A DNA stretch of 64,000 nt, from positions 9,897 to 73,896 of the forward strand of contig JBAYVP010000002.1 of assembly GCA_041674485.1 (NCBI GenBank). Direction: 5' to 3'. A program made the translations under genes and the position numbers. This stretch comes from Sulfuricellaceae bacterium. Lineage in GTDB: Bacteria; Pseudomonadota; Gammaproteobacteria; Burkholderiales; Sulfuricellaceae. Of the stretch, positions 26,174 to 34,703 are shown piece by piece; the stretch's first letter is position 1, and each line of letters starts with the position of its first letter. The notes beneath the pieces were generated by a model. That model made no database searches and had not been told where the DNA came from. It was given only the letters and a program-made list of their open reading frames with translations.

Positions 26174-27427
26174 ATGCATAGACTGAGCCGCAATGATTAC
26201 CGGACGCTGGTGTTAGCCGCGCTGGGTGGTGCGCTGGAGTTTTACGACTTCATCATTTTCGTGTTCTTCGCGGTAGTGATCGGGCAGCTATTCTTTCCGC
26301 CCGACATGCCGGACTGGCTGCGCCAGTTGCAGACTTTCGGTATTTTTGCAGCAGGTTATTTGGCGCGGCCGCTGGGCGGCATCGTGATGGCGCACTTCGG
26401 CGATATGCTGGGTCGCAAGCGCATGTTCATGTTGAGTATTTTCCTGATGTCCGTGCCGACGCTGGCGATCGGCCTGCTGCCGACCTATGCCGTCATCGGC
26501 ATCTGGGCACCGCTGCTGCTGCTCGCCCTGCGCGTGCTGCAAGGGGCGGCGATTGGCGGGGAAGTGCCAGGTGCCTGGGTATTCGTCTCCGAACATGTGC
26601 CGCCGCGCCATGTCGGCTTTGCCTGCGGCACGCTGACCGCCGGGCTGACCGGCGGAATCCTGCTCGGCTCGCTGGTGGCGACCGCAGTCAACAAGCTGTA
26701 TGCGCCCGCCGAATTGCTCGCGGAAGGCTGGCGCGTGCCATTCATTATCGGCGGTGTCTTTGGCTTGCTGTCTGTCTGGCTGCGCCAGTGGCTGCATGAA
26801 ACACCGGTATTCAAGGAGATGCAGGCGCGCCAGGCGCTGGCAGACGAATTGCCGCTGAAAACGGTATTGCGCGAACACCGCCCCGCCGTGATCCTGACCA
26901 TGCTGATGACCTGGCTGCTGTCCGCAGCGGTGGTGGTGATGATATTGATGACCCCGACGCTGGTGCAAAAACTCTATGGAATTTCAGCCGCCACCGCCTT
27001 GCAGGCGAACAGCATCGCGACCTTGTTCCTGAGTTTGGGCTGCGTGGCCTTCGGTGCGCTGGCTGACCGTTACGGCGCGGGGCGGGTACTGATGGCCGGC
27101 TGCACGATGTTGGGCGCCACTTCGGCGCTGTTCTACCAGCAGATATCGGTCGCGCCGCAGAACATCAATGGAATGTATGCCCTGTGCGGTTTTTTTGTCG
27201 GCGTGATCGGCGTGGTGCCAAGCGTCGCAGTCAAGGCTTTTCCCCCGGTGGTGCGCTTTTCCGGATTGTCATTTTCCTACAATGTGGCCTATGCGGTGTT
27301 CGGCGGGCTCACTCCGGTGATAGTGAGCCTGATGCTGCCGCTCGATCCTTTGGCGCCGGCGCATTACGTGGTAGCGTTGAGTGCAATGGGCGTGATGATC
27401 GGGATGCATTTGTGGCGGCGCGGGTAA
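26174..27427 (+). CDS. MFS transporter, metabolite:H+ symporter (ProP/KgtP-like) family
   Basis: LGGALEFYDFIIFVFF, GGIVMAHFGDMLGRKRMF and LRVLQGAAIGGEVPGA are typical MHS-family signatures. Twelve hydrophobic segments. Confidence 0.85.
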   Translation: MHRLSRNDYRTLVLAALGGALEFYDFIIFVFFAVVIGQLFFPPDMPDWLRQLQTFGIFAAGYLARPLGGIVMAHFGDMLGRKRMFMLSIFLMSVPTLAIGLLPTYAVIGIWAPLLLLALRVLQGAAIGGEVPGAWVFVSEHVPPRHVGFACGTLTAGLTGGILLGSLVATAVNKLYAPAELLAEGWRVPFIIGGVFGLLSVWLRQWLHETPVFKEMQARQALADELPLKTVLREHRPAVILTMLMTWLLSAAVVVMILMTPTLVQKLYGISAATALQANSIATLFLSLGCVAFGALADRYGAGRVLMAGCTMLGATSALFYQQISVAPQNINGMYALCGFFVGVIGVVPSVAVKAFPPVVRFSGLSFSYNVAYAVFGGLTPVIVSLMLPLDPLAPAHYVVALSAMGVMIGMHLWRRG

Positions 27428-27595
27428 CGTGCTGTCGGCATCGACACGAGATGCGCATATCGCCATCCACGTCAAAATACAGCTCCCGTTAAGGCTATAA
27501 TGCATCCCGCGAGGATGGAGCAAGCAACCCATACCCATGGTCATTTCGATGACGGCAGCAAACGCACCGAATTCAAGCTACAGGATCACCCACAC

Positions 27596-28432
27596 ATGAA
27601 CACGGCAAGATACCTTAAAATTTTCACCCTTATTCCTATTCTCGCGATCCTCAACTCAGGTTGCGGCGGTGAGGGCGGGAATACGCTGAAATCTGGCGCG
27701 CCTACGGAAAACCTGTCGATAGGCCGCATGAAAGTGGCCATCATGCCGGAGTATGACGACCCGAGCGTACTGGCCATTTATGACGGCAAATTTGAAGAGG
27801 TTCCAACTTATCCCATCAAGACCAGTTTCCTCATCCCCAAGGGCTCGGTCATCAGCGACGCTTGCAGCCTATCGCATGAAGGGCAGCATTTTTGCCAGCT
27901 CTACCGGACAATCAACCGGGGCGACCACGACGAGGTAAGCCTGCTGCTGCCCTATCCAAATTTTTATCTCAGCTTCCATACGCCACGGCTGGACATCGAA
28001 ACAGAGAAAAAGGATTTGACCTATTTGATCAAGTCCAATCACCCGGTTAAAACCCTGGAAGTTGATATTCAGCAACCCTTGCGCAGCACTGATTTCAACG
28101 TAACGCCGCCGGGCAATGCTACCCACTCGGGAAAAAGCGACGCGATCAGCGTCATTAAAGGGTTCAACCATTTCGTCTACAAGTTTGAAGGCATTGCCCA
28201 AGGCCAGGAAAACGCATTTAAAATCGCCTACCTGAAGAGCGACCCCAATCCATCGGTCGATATCAAGTACACCGCCATGCGCACCCCGCAGACGCAGAGC
28301 GCACCTTATGAAGCCCAGAGGAGTATTAAAACGATCATCTACGCGTTCTTCGGGGCGGGCGTGTTGTGCATTGCGGCGGTAGCTTTCTGGTTCATCCGTT
28401 CGCGCAATAAAAAGCGAGGCAAGTCAATATGA
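27596..28432 (+). CDS. Lipoprotein with a C-terminal TM anchor, unknown function
   Basis: Lipobox ILNSGC. C-terminal IIYAFFGAGVLCIAAVAFWFIRSRNKKRGK. ATGA overlap with the CcmH-like gene. Confidence 0.5.
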   Translation: MNTARYLKIFTLIPILAILNSGCGGEGGNTLKSGAPTENLSIGRMKVAIMPEYDDPSVLAIYDGKFEEVPTYPIKTSFLIPKGSVISDACSLSHEGQHFCQLYRTINRGDHDEVSLLLPYPNFYLSFHTPRLDIETEKKDLTYLIKSNHPVKTLEVDIQQPLRSTDFNVTPPGNATHSGKSDAISVIKGFNHFVYKFEGIAQGQENAFKIAYLKSDPNPSVDIKYTAMRTPQTQSAPYEAQRSIKTIIYAFFGAGVLCIAAVAFWFIRSRNKKRGKSI

Positions 28433-28875
28433 ATACGCGACTTAACCTGCGCCAGATATTTCTGCCCTTTTGTTTATGCATGGCAGTCGCTTATGCCGCC
28501 GCGCCCTCCAGCGCCTTTGCGCTGACCATCAACGAAGTAGTCAAGGATCTCGCCTGCCCCTGCGAATGCCCGCTAGTCTTGGAGGACTGCAACATGACCT
28601 GCGGCTTGGAGTGGAAGAATGAAGTGGGCGAAATGATCAGCAAGGGCATGAACAAGCAGCAGATCATGGATTATTTCATCGGTAAATATGGTGACGATGC
28701 CCGCATTACCCCCTCGCAGCGAATTCAGGGCAAGGTTTACCAATACACGCGAAGCTTTGACACTTCGGATTGGGTATTGCTGTGGGCCGGGTTGATTACA
28801 TGGATATTACTGATGTTTTTTGGCATCTACATCGGCGTTAAGAAGTTGTTTTTTAATAAACCTGCAAAAGAGTAA
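28429..28875 (+). CDS. CcmH/NrfF-like protein with an atypical CPCEC motif
   Basis: DLACPCECPLVLEDCN...EVGEMISKGMNKQQIMDYFIGKYGDDA aligns by eye with CcmH (LRCPKCQN...EIVDYMVARYG). The CxxC is replaced by C-P-C-E-C. There is a C-terminal TM helix. Confidence 0.6.
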   Translation: MNTRLNLRQIFLPFCLCMAVAYAAAPSSAFALTINEVVKDLACPCECPLVLEDCNMTCGLEWKNEVGEMISKGMNKQQIMDYFIGKYGDDARITPSQRIQGKVYQYTRSFDTSDWVLLWAGLITWILLMFFGIYIGVKKLFFNKPAKE

Positions 28876-28931
28876 CTTTCTGCTCAGCCTGCCAATCAAT
28901 TCATTTGTAGCCAATGACAAGTTAAATCGTA

Positions 28932-29124
28932 ACTACTCAGATCGAAGTAGTATGCTCGAAAATAGCCACAACGCCAGTCCCTTCCCCATGTAAGGGGGAA
29001 GGTTAGGATGGGGGTGGGAGGGTGGAATCATCGCAAAGTGTCTTTGATACCCCACCTTTCTACCCCCATCCCTGCCTTCCCCCTGCAAGGGGGAAGGAGA
29101 AAAGCGGCAGCACCTGAGTAGTTG
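28932..29124. repeat. REP/MITE-like family R1, long composite form
   Basis: ACTACTCAGATCGAAGTAG...CAACGCCAGTCCCTTCCCC..GGGGGAAGG - central GGATGGGGGTGGGAGGGTGGAATCATCGCAAAGTGTCTTTGATACCCCACC - CCTTCCCCCTGCAAGGGGGAAGGAGAAAAGCGGCAGCACCTGAGTAGT. An inverted copy lies at 41546-41797. Confidence 0.8.
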
Positions 29125-29201
29125 CCAGAATTTCCATAAAACAAAGGCCATGCCGTTACCGGGAAAGCGTCCCCGTCTTCGGTCGGCATGCAAAGTGAAA
29201 C

Positions 29202-30044
29202 ATGAAATCATCAGCAAAGTCCTTACTTATCAGCCTTGCCGTATTTTTGTTGCTATGCGTAGCCGCACTTTTTGCCGTATTCCTGTACCTGACCGAACAA
29301 GGCCCGGGCGACGCGATCCATGGGCTCAATAACGCGGCAAGACTGACTATGTACAAGTACGGCATGGTCGATAAATTGTCTTCCGGCGAAATCAAACGCC
29401 TCTATCTGGATACCTGCACCCGGAAATGCCACGGCAAAGATGTCATCGAAAAAAAACCTAGAACCGCAGCGGAATGGGAAGCGGTGATGACGCGCATGAA
29501 GGCATCTGACCGGGCGGGAATCACGGATCGCCATGCCGAGACCATCACACGTTATCTGCAAAGCAATTATTTGAGCAATGTGCCCACGGTGCTTCCCGAG
29601 AAGATCATGAAGTTCGTCAAACTCCACTTATGGAGAAGCGATTTCGGAGAAAGCGACCTGTTTCTGGATTTGATTTATATACCCCAGGAACACCGTAAAC
29701 TGTTGCCCTATCTGGGGGTACGCAGCGCGCCGACAGATAGGCAAGCCGCTTTTTTTGTCGTTTATGTCAATACTCACCAAGGATCGGTTCCTCCGTGGGA
29801 TTTTTCGCAACTGGTGACGCTGCACGTCAATAACGGCTCCGGGCAAAGCGCAAACGCCTGGAAAGTGCTTTATGAGGACGGCCAGCGCCACCATAATCAA
29901 GGGGTTCTCGTTTTTCCCAATATTGACACCGACCAAGCGACTGACATGGAAATTAAAATGCGCCTGCCGGGACTGGGAATGAGAACTTTCCAATGGAAAC
30001 TGCCCATACCCGCTTTATCTGAAGGAGACCCTGTTGAACACTAA
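29202..30044 (+). CDS. Membrane-anchored putative monohaem cytochrome c
   Basis: N-terminal TM LLISLAVFLLLCVAALFAVFLY. CTRKCHGKDVIEKKPRTAAEWEAVMTRM is a CxxCH motif followed by the R-T-x-x-EW...RM pattern seen in some haem c domains. Confidence 0.5.
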   Translation: MKSSAKSLLISLAVFLLLCVAALFAVFLYLTEQGPGDAIHGLNNAARLTMYKYGMVDKLSSGEIKRLYLDTCTRKCHGKDVIEKKPRTAAEWEAVMTRMKASDRAGITDRHAETITRYLQSNYLSNVPTVLPEKIMKFVKLHLWRSDFGESDLFLDLIYIPQEHRKLLPYLGVRSAPTDRQAAFFVVYVNTHQGSVPPWDFSQLVTLHVNNGSGQSANAWKVLYEDGQRHHNQGVLVFPNIDTDQATDMEIKMRLPGLGMRTFQWKLPIPALSEGDPVEH

Positions 30045-30579
30045 AACCTACAAACTGCTCATTATTCTCGCCGGCGCCGGTTTGGTGCTTGCCATTGCCG
30101 TTGCCGCTGCCCTGATTACGCGGGGAAATTCAGAAAATGCGCTTCCGTCACAATCCGCCCCTGCCGATAAAAAGGAACAAGCCCCCAATTTTACGCTCGC
30201 GCTCCTTGAAGGAAAAAGCTTTCAGTTCAGCGCATACAAAGGGAAGCCCGTCCTGATCAATTTCTTTGCATCCTGGTGTTTGCCATGCAGGGAAGAAATG
30301 CCTGTCCTGGTAAAAATTGCCCGTGAATATGGACCCAAAGGCGTGGTGTTTCTGGGAATCGCCGTCGACGATACCGAGGAGAAGATGAAGGATTTCATAG
30401 TAAAATATGAGGTCAATTTTCCGGTAGGTCTGGATAAAACGTCAGAGGTTCAAAAATCCTTTGGCTTGTATGGTATACCCACCACTTACTTCATAGACAA
30501 GCAAGGCGTTATCAACTACTTCCACTCCGGTGCCGTAACAGAGGAATTGCTGAAACATGAACTGGATAAGCTGCTTTAA
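30034..30579 (+). CDS. TlpA/ResA-family thiol:disulfide oxidoreductase
   Basis: TTG start 5 nt after GAAGGAGA. TM anchor. FFASWCLPCREEMP (WCxxC) and YGIPTTYFID. Confidence 0.8.
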   Translation: MNTKTYKLLIILAGAGLVLAIAVAAALITRGNSENALPSQSAPADKKEQAPNFTLALLEGKSFQFSAYKGKPVLINFFASWCLPCREEMPVLVKIAREYGPKGVVFLGIAVDDTEEKMKDFIVKYEVNFPVGLDKTSEVQKSFGLYGIPTTYFIDKQGVINYFHSGAVTEELLKHELDKLL

Positions 30580-31069
30580 AAATCTCTGCGCTGCTTTTTT
30601 CAGTCTGGCCTTGCTCTCCGGTTGCGGTGAGGAAAGCAAGCCGCTGCTGCAGGTTGGCGCAAAAGCCGTGCCCTTCACCCTCGAACTGATCGGCGGCAAG
30701 CAAAGCCAACTGGAGCAATATGCCGGAAAAGGGCTGGTTATCACCTTCATGTCCTCCTGGTGTCCCTGCTCCAACCAATCCATGCCGTTCATGAAACAGG
30801 CCTACGCGAAACACAATAACGGCGAGATAGCATTTTTGATGATCGGCGTTCAGGATTCCCGGTCAAAATTTGAAAAATTTGTCGAGAAATGGCAAGTGCC
30901 CTTCCCAGCCGGTTATGACAAGGGCGACAAAATTGCCAATGACTATGGCGTGAGCTCGCCGCCGACCACTTTTTTTATCGACAAAAACGGCATTGTGAAA
31001 CGCGCTTTTTATGGAAACATCGCGGAGAAACCGCAAGAATTCCAGCGATGGGTTGAGGAGATCATTTAA
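30557..31069 (+). CDS. TlpA-like thioredoxin-fold lipoprotein with a WCPC (CxC) motif instead of WCxxC
   Basis: Lipobox LALLSGC. FMSSWCPCSNQSMP; SSPPTTFFID. Confidence 0.7.
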   Translation: MNWISCFKNLCAAFFSLALLSGCGEESKPLLQVGAKAVPFTLELIGGKQSQLEQYAGKGLVITFMSSWCPCSNQSMPFMKQAYAKHNNGEIAFLMIGVQDSRSKFEKFVEKWQVPFPAGYDKGDKIANDYGVSSPPTTFFIDKNGIVKRAFYGNIAEKPQEFQRWVEEII

Positions 31070-31773
31070 TGTCTATAGGAGGCGCCGCCGCATTGTGGGG
31101 AGGGTTTTCCGCGTTTTTTTCGATCTGGCAGGTTTGCATCCTGCAAATCAGCCCCTTTTTTATCGCCTTTATTGTCGGCATATACTTTGCGACGCCAGCC
31201 AAGCATGCCGCTCCGGAAATTCGCCGCTGGATACTGCTTCCCTGCATCGCTTACGGAATTGGCTTCACAGTTTTTTATTCCCTGCTCATCGCCTCCGCCT
31301 TGGATATCAGCCGGCCTCTGATCCATAGTATCAGCCCATTGCGGGTAGTTTCCGGCGTGTTTTTCCTGCTGGTGGGCCTGTATATTTTACTGATGGATCG
31401 CCTGCCCATTCTGGGCAAACTGCACCGGCCTCTAATGGTGAACATCCTGGCTCTGTTTATCGGAATGACGCTCGCCATCATCTATTCCCCGTGCATCACT
31501 CCGATGCTCTCCGATATCATGGGACTGGCATCCCAGCGGAGCACTGCGGTTGAAGGCTGGTATCTGGCGTTTTTTTACGGGCTCGGAACCACCATCGCCC
31601 TGTGCATGACGGCAATTGCGCTGATCCTGTTGGCCAGAAAGCAGAAAGCCGTCATACGCAACGCAGTGTTGATAAAAAACCTTTGCGCCACAATTTTGTT
31701 TATCCTTGCCGCCATGAACATGACCGGCCTGATGCGGCATTACAAGGCGTTTGTTCTCGGGTTTGTGCTGTGA
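31069..31773 (+). CDS. ccdA: CcdA/DsbD-family cytochrome c biogenesis thiol-transfer membrane protein
   Basis: Six TM segments with the two conserved Cys-containing helices (IWQVCILQISPFF; IYSPCITPMLS). Confidence 0.75.
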   Translation: MSIGGAAALWGGFSAFFSIWQVCILQISPFFIAFIVGIYFATPAKHAAPEIRRWILLPCIAYGIGFTVFYSLLIASALDISRPLIHSISPLRVVSGVFFLLVGLYILLMDRLPILGKLHRPLMVNILALFIGMTLAIIYSPCITPMLSDIMGLASQRSTAVEGWYLAFFYGLGTTIALCMTAIALILLARKQKAVIRNAVLIKNLCATILFILAAMNMTGLMRHYKAFVLGFVL

Positions 31774-32003
31774 TCGCGCCACCCAAGGGGATCAAGAAGC
31801 AGGTTCTCGGCGGCATGCTGGCCTGCCTGGGCGCCGTCACCGCGCTATTGGCAAGGGTGATCGGTTTTGAGCTGGATATTTTTTATGTGATTATCAGCGC
31901 GATCGGGGTAGGCCTGTTTCTGTATGGCACCGTGCAAAAAAACCAGCAAGAATTAACCGGCGGCGAAGAGCCGCTTCAAACCAAAAGGGCCACAAATGAA
32001 TAA
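31770..32003 (+). CDS. Small two-TM protein (gap-filling ORF)
   Basis: GTG 31770 overlaps the ccdA stop (GTGA) and its stop overlaps the Sco1 start (ATGAATAA). Sequence VLGGMLACLGAVTALLARVIG...FYVIISAIGVGLFLYG. The longer track ORF (31602) overlaps ccdA and is rejected. Confidence 0.45.
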   Translation: MIAPPKGIKKQVLGGMLACLGAVTALLARVIGFELDIFYVIISAIGVGLFLYGTVQKNQQELTGGEEPLQTKRATNE

Positions 32004-32682
32004 ACAGCGTGGGGCTCTGAACAGAAAGAGCCTTGCAATTCTGCTGATCGTGGCGGTAGCCATCGCCGTGGCTGCCGCCGCCTTTATCGGCGCGCGGCCG
32101 GGCAAAGAACCCGCCGTTAAGCCCCCCGAGGAGATCGAGGACTACCTCTTCTGGGAAGCGAAGAAATTGACAGATTTCAAATTGATCGGCGGTGGCAACA
32201 AAACACTGGGCCCGGATGACCTGAAGGGGAAGTGGAGTTTTATTTTCTTCGGCTACATAAACTGCCCCGATGTCTGCCCGCTCACCATGGGGGTATTGGG
32301 AAAAACGTTCAATCTCATCGAAAAAGACCCGGCCGCTTATCAGGAGATACAAGGCATTTTTATTTCAGTTGATCCGAAACGCGATACGCCGGAGCTGGTC
32401 AAAGAATACGCCTCCTATTTCAGCAGCAAGATCACCGGTGTCACCGGAGAACTCGCGCAACTGGAAGCGTTTTCCCGGCAAATGAGCGCCCTGTACACCA
32501 TCCACCCCAAAGAAGCGCAGGCCTCCGGGGATGACTACCAGGTGACGCACAACTCGACCGTCTTTCTCGTCGACCCGCAGGGCAGACTGTATGGCCGGTT
32601 TCCGCCACCCCAGCTTCCCCAAGAAATTGCCGGGGTGTTTTTGAAAATTCGCACGTTCTACAATGAAAGGGTAAAAAAATGA
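31996..32682 (+). CDS. SCO1/SenC-family copper chaperone
   Basis: FGYINCPDVCPLTM (CxxxC) and a downstream YQVTHNSTVFLVD His block. N-terminal TM helix. Confidence 0.85.
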   Translation: MNKQRGALNRKSLAILLIVAVAIAVAAAAFIGARPGKEPAVKPPEEIEDYLFWEAKKLTDFKLIGGGNKTLGPDDLKGKWSFIFFGYINCPDVCPLTMGVLGKTFNLIEKDPAAYQEIQGIFISVDPKRDTPELVKEYASYFSSKITGVTGELAQLEAFSRQMSALYTIHPKEAQASGDDYQVTHNSTVFLVDPQGRLYGRFPPPQLPQEIAGVFLKIRTFYNERVKK

Positions 32683-33176
32683 TCAAGATTTTTTCGCAAG
32701 TATTGGCCGCGCTGACGCTCGGTTTCCTCGCCTCAAATGCCTGGGCAAACGGCGATATCCAGGTCAAAGATGCCTGGATGCCGACCGCGCCACCCGGCGT
32801 CAAGGTGATGGCCGCTTATCTGGAGATAAAGAACACCGGCAAGCAACAACAAGTGCTCACCGGCGTTACCAGCCCCGCCTTCGGCAAGATCGAAATTCAC
32901 CGCAGCGTGATTCAGGGGAACGTGGCACGCATGGATCACCAGAAAGAGTTGGCCATTCCCGCCAACGCCTCGGTATTGCTGCAACAAGGCGGCTTGCACC
33001 TCATGCTGATGGATGTAAAAAAACCCCTCGCCAGCGGCGACCAGGTTCCCATGACCTTCATTTTCGGCAATGGCGAAAAAATTGCAGCCACCGCAATCGT
33101 CCGCTCCGGCAAGATGGAAGGCATGGAAGAGCGCGGGGCTATGGATCATTCCGGGCATGGCGGGCATAAGCATTAA
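32679..33176 (+). CDS. PCu(A)C (DUF461) periplasmic copper chaperone with a Met/His-rich tail
   Basis: AAYLEIKNTG...VTSPAFGKIEIHRS...GGLHLMLMD...GDQVPMTFIF. Tail is MEGMEERGAMDHSGHGGHKH. Confidence 0.8.
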   Translation: MIKIFSQVLAALTLGFLASNAWANGDIQVKDAWMPTAPPGVKVMAAYLEIKNTGKQQQVLTGVTSPAFGKIEIHRSVIQGNVARMDHQKELAIPANASVLLQQGGLHLMLMDVKKPLASGDQVPMTFIFGNGEKIAATAIVRSGKMEGMEERGAMDHSGHGGHKH

Positions 33177-33207
33177 CCGTAGCGCTGGACGAGCCGTAAC
33201 CAAAAAT

Positions 33208-33251
33208 GTAGGTCGGGCTTTGCCCGACATGGTGGGCGGAGTCCACCCTAC
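33208..33251. repeat. REP family R3 (GTAGGTCGGG...CCCGAC / ...CCACCCTAC)
   Basis: GTAGGTCGGGCTTTGCCCGACATGGTGGGCGGAGTCCACCCTAC. Related copies lie at 43371-43397, 47416-47461 and 56297-56330. Confidence 0.65.
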
Positions 33252-33315
33252 GGTTTCGTTGAAAAAATCTTGTCACGTTTTGACATGATTTAACTTGCAA
33301 GTGACTAAGGAAGCG

Positions 33316-33831
33316 ATGCTAAAACCTGAACCCCAACCCCGCCGTTTTCTGCTCGCGCTGCTGCTGGGCAGCTTTTTGTTTATGCTGGGATGCAGCGGCA
33401 ACACGACAGAGCCCAAAGCCGCAATAGAAAATGCGCCCGATTTCAATGTGGCGCTCTTTGATGGCGGCGAATTTCAGTTAAGTGCGCAAAAAGGCAAAGT
33501 GGTCGTAATCAACTTCTTCGCCTCATGGTGCGTCTCCTGCGGCGAAGAAACGCCTCACATTGAAAAAGTATTCGGCGAATATGCATCTCAGCCGGTAGCG
33601 TTTCTGGGCATTGCCGTCGATGATACGGAAAAAAAGGCAAAAGAATTCATGAAGAAATCAGGCCTGACTATACCTGCTGGATTGGATCGGACCGGCAAAA
33701 TCAAAGACGCCTACGGCCTGTACGGCATGCCCACCACGTTCTTTATCGACAAGAACGGCAAGATCAGCTATTTCCACGCGGGTGTCGTTACGGAAGAATT
33801 GCTCAGGCATGAAATCGGCAAGCTGCTTTGA
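33316..33831 (+). CDS. TlpA/ResA-family thiol:disulfide oxidoreductase lipoprotein
   Basis: ATG 33316 after AAGGAAG. Lipobox FMLGC. FFASWCVSCGEETP and YGMPTTFFID. It is a close paralogue of 30034-30579 (same ...TEELL(K/R)HE(L/I)(D/G)KLL end). Confidence 0.8.
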   Translation: MLKPEPQPRRFLLALLLGSFLFMLGCSGNTTEPKAAIENAPDFNVALFDGGEFQLSAQKGKVVVINFFASWCVSCGEETPHIEKVFGEYASQPVAFLGIAVDDTEKKAKEFMKKSGLTIPAGLDRTGKIKDAYGLYGMPTTFFIDKNGKISYFHAGVVTEELLRHEIGKLL

Positions 33832-33841
33832 CCCTGCGCGC

Positions 33842-34594
33842 CTACTGGGGATCGTTTTTCAAGCGTTGCATGTTGGTCACATACCGTTGCAACAACACAC
33901 TGGAAACATTGTCGAGAGTCTTGAATTCGCAGCCCACGCGCCGGATCGTTTGGCCGGGCTTGGGAGACATTGAAACCACGCTTTTCACCATGAGCGTAAC
34001 GCTGATCTTGCCCACTTCCGGCAAGTCGATCTGGCAACCGGCATAAGTCTGCCCTATCACAAACTCAACGGCATCTTCCACATACGACAACCTGACCCCG
34101 CCGCCGCTGATGTCCATGATGGGCACCTCTATTTGCCCCACCTCCACCTTGCCGGTAGGGATAATGCAACGCAGGCGTTCGGAAAGCGGGATCGAAAGCC
34201 GGAAATACTCGCGGCGCTGGATGCGGCAAAGGTGGGCCGGAAACGGCATGTAAAAAGCGGGATAATTCTGGTGCGCGAGCTCGCGGATGGCGCCGACTGC
34301 AAATTGAATCTTGACGTGGTTATGCACGCTGACCAAAGTGAGACGTTTGCTTTCGGCGATGCGCCGGTTTTTGGCCGCATCTGTGCCCTGCTCCACCCAA
34401 TAGCCCTTCTCGCCGACATCCAGCACCGAAGTCATGATGAAATCCTTGATGCCATCGTAATACAGCGCGACACGCGCCCCGTCTTCCGCGATACCGCGCA
34501 ACAAGGACTGAATCTGGCGCGCGGAAGAAATGCGGCATTCACTCTCCTGGCGATCGGAAAGTCTTTCTATAGTGAGTGGAACGTTTTCTTGCAT
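33842..34594 (-). CDS. YcgR-like PilZ-domain c-di-GMP receptor (flagellar brake family)
   Basis: PilZN-like N-terminal half plus PilZ motifs QRREYFR (RxxxR) and MDISGGGVRL (DxSxxG). Start chosen at MQENVPLTIERL by comparison with the paralogue. Confidence 0.75.
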   Translation of the reverse strand: MQENVPLTIERLSDRQESECRISSARQIQSLLRGIAEDGARVALYYDGIKDFIMTSVLDVGEKGYWVEQGTDAAKNRRIAESKRLTLVSVHNHVKIQFAVGAIRELAHQNYPAFYMPFPAHLCRIQRREYFRLSIPLSERLRCIIPTGKVEVGQIEVPIMDISGGGVRLSYVEDAVEFVIGQTYAGCQIDLPEVGKISVTLMVKSVVSMSPKPGQTIRRVGCEFKTLDNVSSVLLQRYVTNMQRLKNDPQ

Positions 34595-34703
34595 GATAAA
34601 TAAGCGTGTCCCCGGTGCGCTGGTTGGTTGCAAATATCTTTAAGTTTACTACGCACTAAGGAAACGCGGATTAATTCTGCATTTCCCAAGGGTAAAACAT
34701 CAC

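Noticed and set aside
31602-32003. 133 aa ORF overlapping the 3' end of ccdA
   Set aside because: The first 56 codons overlap ccdA out of frame. Only the distal part from GTG 31770, which is coupled to both neighbours, is retained as a low-confidence small membrane protein.
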